NCBI GenBank assembly: GCA_036833435.1
Contig: DAITPV010000001.1
Coordinates: forward strand, 1-43,318
Direction: 5' to 3'
Length of the DNA: 43,318 nt
Source of the DNA: Actinomycetota bacterium
Lineage (GTDB): Bacteria > Actinomycetota > UBA4738 > CALAEC01
Shown here: positions 41,323 to 43,318 of the stretch, piece by piece
Numbering within the stretch: position 1 is the first letter of the stretch
How the letters are laid out: each line of letters begins with the position of its first letter
Position numbers and translations under genes: made by a program
Notes under the pieces: generated by a model
Told to the model about the DNA's origin: nothing
Database searches by the model: none
What the model saw: only the letters and a program-made list of their open reading frames with translations

Positions 41323-42699
41323 ATGAAGCGCTTCCCCAAGAACCTCGCGCTCGCCGCCGCGATCGGCGTGCTCATGGCCATCGTTCCGGTACCGGCGATG
41401 GCCTTGTCGGCGCCGGAGACGTTGAGCGCCACCACGGCAGTCGGCGACGTCGATGGACGCGGTCCCGTCGTTGAGGCCTCGTTCCCGGTTGGACATCTGG
41501 GTCTGTCGTGGATCGGGGACCCACACCCTCACCCCGAAGTGCGGTTCCGCACGGATGATGCATGGGGGCCGTGGACCGAGGTCCACGAGGACGAGATCCA
41601 GACCGCGTCCGACCGAACGTGGTCAGCGCTGGTCCCGGCATGGGGAGCCGACGCCTATCAGATCCGCGGCGACGCGCTGGATGTCCGGGCCTACGAGATC
41701 AACACCACCGATGGTCCCCGGCACCTCGAGTGGGAGCAACCGGAAGCTCAGGCCTCACACATCGCCCAGCCACCGGTGATCTCCCGTCTGCAGTGGGGCG
41801 CCGACGAGTCGATCCGATTCAAGCCAAACGGCACCGAAAAGGGACTGCGGACCTTCTACCCGACCAAGAAGCTGATCGTGCACCACACCGTGACCGCCAA
41901 CAACGATCCCGACCCGGCGGGAACGGTGCGAGCCATCTACGAGTACCACGTGCAGAGCCGGGACTTTCAGGACATCGCCTACAACTTCTTGATCGACGCC
42001 GCCGGCCAGATCTACAAGGGCCGGTACTCCGGTCCGCAGAACACGACCGACCAGGACACCCCGACCGGTGAGGATCCCCAGGGCCGAGGGGTCACCGGGG
42101 CCCACACCGGCGGATACAACTCGGGAACCATGGGGGTGGCAATCCTGGGCACGTACACGTCGACCCCCATCACGGCGGCCACGCAGGGCGCCCTGGTGGA
42201 GCACCTGGCCTGGGAGGCCGAACGGCATCTGCTCGACCCTATGGGCACGTCACAGTTCACCAACCCGGCAAGCGGCGAGACCAACACGGCCGGAAACATC
42301 TCCGGGCACCGGGACTGGGGCTCGACCGAGTGCCCCGGCGGGAGTCTGTACGCCCAGCTCCCCACGATCCGGCAGCAGGTCGCTGCCCGGGTCGGTCAGC
42401 TCGCCGCTGCCAGCGACAAGAAGCCGCCCAGGATCAAGAAGCTCGAAGCCAAGAAGGTGAAGGGACAGTCAGCGATCATCCGGTACCGCACCAGCGAGCC
42501 GGCAACGGGGACCATCCAGTTCTGGACCAAGGGCGGGATGCGCCGCACCACAGCGCCCGAAGGAGCGGCACGGAAGGGCCACAAGACCCGGCTGAAGGGA
42601 CTGAAGAACGACACCGAGTATCGCTTCGTGGTCACGGGCCAGGATGCCGCCGGGAACACGGGGGCCAGCAAGCGCCGGGACTTCGCCACCGAGGCTTGA
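41323..42699 (+). CDS. secreted N-acetylmuramoyl-L-alanine amidase (PGRP/Amidase_2 domain) with C-terminal FN3-like domain
   Basis: Signal peptide MKRFPKNLALAAAIGVLMAIVPVPAMA. The amidase motifs are LIVHHTVT, IAYNFLIDAAGQIYKGR and GHRDWGSTECPG. The C-terminus has IRYRTSEPATG...TEYRFVVTGQDAAGN. Confidence 0.85.
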   Translation: MKRFPKNLALAAAIGVLMAIVPVPAMALSAPETLSATTAVGDVDGRGPVVEASFPVGHLGLSWIGDPHPHPEVRFRTDDAWGPWTEVHEDEIQTASDRTWSALVPAWGADAYQIRGDALDVRAYEINTTDGPRHLEWEQPEAQASHIAQPPVISRLQWGADESIRFKPNGTEKGLRTFYPTKKLIVHHTVTANNDPDPAGTVRAIYEYHVQSRDFQDIAYNFLIDAAGQIYKGRYSGPQNTTDQDTPTGEDPQGRGVTGAHTGGYNSGTMGVAILGTYTSTPITAATQGALVEHLAWEAERHLLDPMGTSQFTNPASGETNTAGNISGHRDWGSTECPGGSLYAQLPTIRQQVAARVGQLAAASDKKPPRIKKLEAKKVKGQSAIIRYRTSEPATGTIQFWTKGGMRRTTAPEGAARKGHKTRLKGLKNDTEYRFVVTGQDAAGNTGASKRRDFATEA

Positions 42700-42706
42700 C
42701 CCTGCG

Positions 42707-43093
42707 GTGGCCAAGACCTGGTCGGTCTATGTAGTGAAACTGCGGGAGGAAGCCCGAGAGCGGGTTTTGGGGAGCATGCCATCGCTGACCCGGATGCGGA
42801 TCGATCGCCGGCTGCCCATGGTCTACGTGGGAGTCACGGCGCTGAGGCCCAAGGAACGCTACGCGAAGCATCGCGAGGGCGGGATCACCGCGGCTCCCAT
42901 CGTCCGTGAGTATGGAGTCGGGCTCCTCGAGAGCCTGTACCGAGATCGCAACCCGCTCCCCGCAAAGACAGAAGCGGAAGCGCTCGAAGCGGAGGCCGAG
43001 CTCGCGGAGGACCTCCGGGACCGCGGCTACGCGGTGTGGGGTGAGCACGGAAAGCCCTTGGACCTCGGCCTCCCCGATCGCGACCAGGAGTAG
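42707..43093 (+). CDS. small GIY-YIG-like protein
   Basis: From GTG 42707 the translation reads VAKTWSVYVVKLREE...LPMVYVGVTALRPKERYAKHREG, which fits GIY ... YVG ... R..H spacing. It then has an acidic helix and an Arg. The assignment is tentative. Confidence 0.4.
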   Translation: MAKTWSVYVVKLREEARERVLGSMPSLTRMRIDRRLPMVYVGVTALRPKERYAKHREGGITAAPIVREYGVGLLESLYRDRNPLPAKTEAEALEAEAELAEDLRDRGYAVWGEHGKPLDLGLPDRDQE

Positions 43094-43106
43094 CCACTCC
43101 CGCAGA

Positions 43107-43128
43107 GGTGGTCGGGATCCCGACCACC
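43107..43128. terminator. perfect 22-bp GC-rich palindrome between convergent genes (bidirectional terminator candidate)
   Basis: GGTGGTCGGGATCCCGACCACC is self-complementary. The flanking CGCAGAG / CCTTGCG can extend the stem with a bulge. Confidence 0.5.
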
Positions 43129-43141
43129 CTTGCGGCACCCG

Positions 43142-43318
43142 CTAGCCGCCGGCGCCGAGCTCCCGGGTCGCTTCCAGGATCGTCTCCAGGACGTGGTCCC
43201 CGAAGCACCGGTCGATGGAGAACACCTCTTCGTATTCGCCGGTACCGCCGGCGTCGGTGACGACGGTCGCGCCCTCGTCGAACTCGAACGACTGGATGAT
43301 GTAGCCGAGGGCGTCGTT
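43142..43318 (-). CDS. C-terminal fragment of a hypothetical protein (N-terminus beyond the right edge)
   Basis: My own minus-strand translation gives ...NDALGYIIQSFEFDEGATVVTDAGGTGEYEEVFSIDRCFGDHVLETILEATRELGAGG*. GC3 is high. I recognise no family. Confidence 0.4.
   Translation of the reverse strand, partial: NDALGYIIQSFEFDEGATVVTDAGGTGEYEEVFSIDRCFGDHVLETILEATRELGAGG

Noticed and set aside
41196-41435. Track start at 41435 for the beta-propeller gene, and 41263 for the amidase
   Set aside because: The internal starts at 41195 and 41323 give classical signal peptides, and 41195 has a GGAGG SD. The extensions overlap each other across the divergent promoter region.
1-43318. CRISPR arrays, tRNA/rRNA genes, integrases, transposases, IS inverted repeats
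   Set aside because: I looked for them in the intergenic gaps and the ORF list and found nothing convincing. Their absence is by eye only and should be confirmed with tRNAscan-SE, Infernal and ISfinder.

Overview
High-GC (probably actinobacterial) chromosomal window. By eye, long stretches are about 70% G+C. The housekeeping and accessory backbone contains hemE, a multifunctional Kgd-type 2-oxoglutarate dehydrogenase, two secreted S8 proteases, two class III cyclase-STAND-TPR regulators around an ECF sigma pair, GH5, SGNH, RNase H, a split LigD, an acyl-CoA ligase, an MFS-cNMP transporter and a PGRP amidase. This backbone is interrupted at about 7811-18700 by a visibly lower-GC island. Spot counts of single 60-nt lines give 33/60 G+C at 8041-8100 and 30/60 at 10261-10320, against 44/60 at 5041-5100. 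The island starts 17 nt after the kgd stop and ends next to a frameshifted remnant of an acyl-CoA ligase gene. No integrase, transposase or tRNA is visible. Its cargo looks like a defence island: (a) a GmrSD-like DUF262/DUF1524 type IV restriction enzyme; (b) a candidate REase convergent with a vsr-dcm pair; (c) a seven-gene, translationally coupled operon (12591-17802); (d) a small GIY-YIG protein. The operon encodes a DGQHR/DndB-like protein, a ThsB-like TIR protein, a caspase-like C14 protease, a standalone SLOG-like protein, a peptide with three leader-plus-core repeats ending in ETTDD(E), an ATP-grasp RiPP maturase and a 3-TM protein. This TIR/caspase/SLOG plus graspetide combination is the best candidate for an undescribed system. 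Other oddities: a Doc toxin gene with no canonical start codon, in frame behind its antitoxin's TAG; an HNH domain fused in frame to a displaced acyl-CoA-ligase C-terminal domain next to a B3-like small protein; and RTX-like Ca-binding tails on two secreted proteins. All domain calls come from motif recognition by eye. No database search was run.
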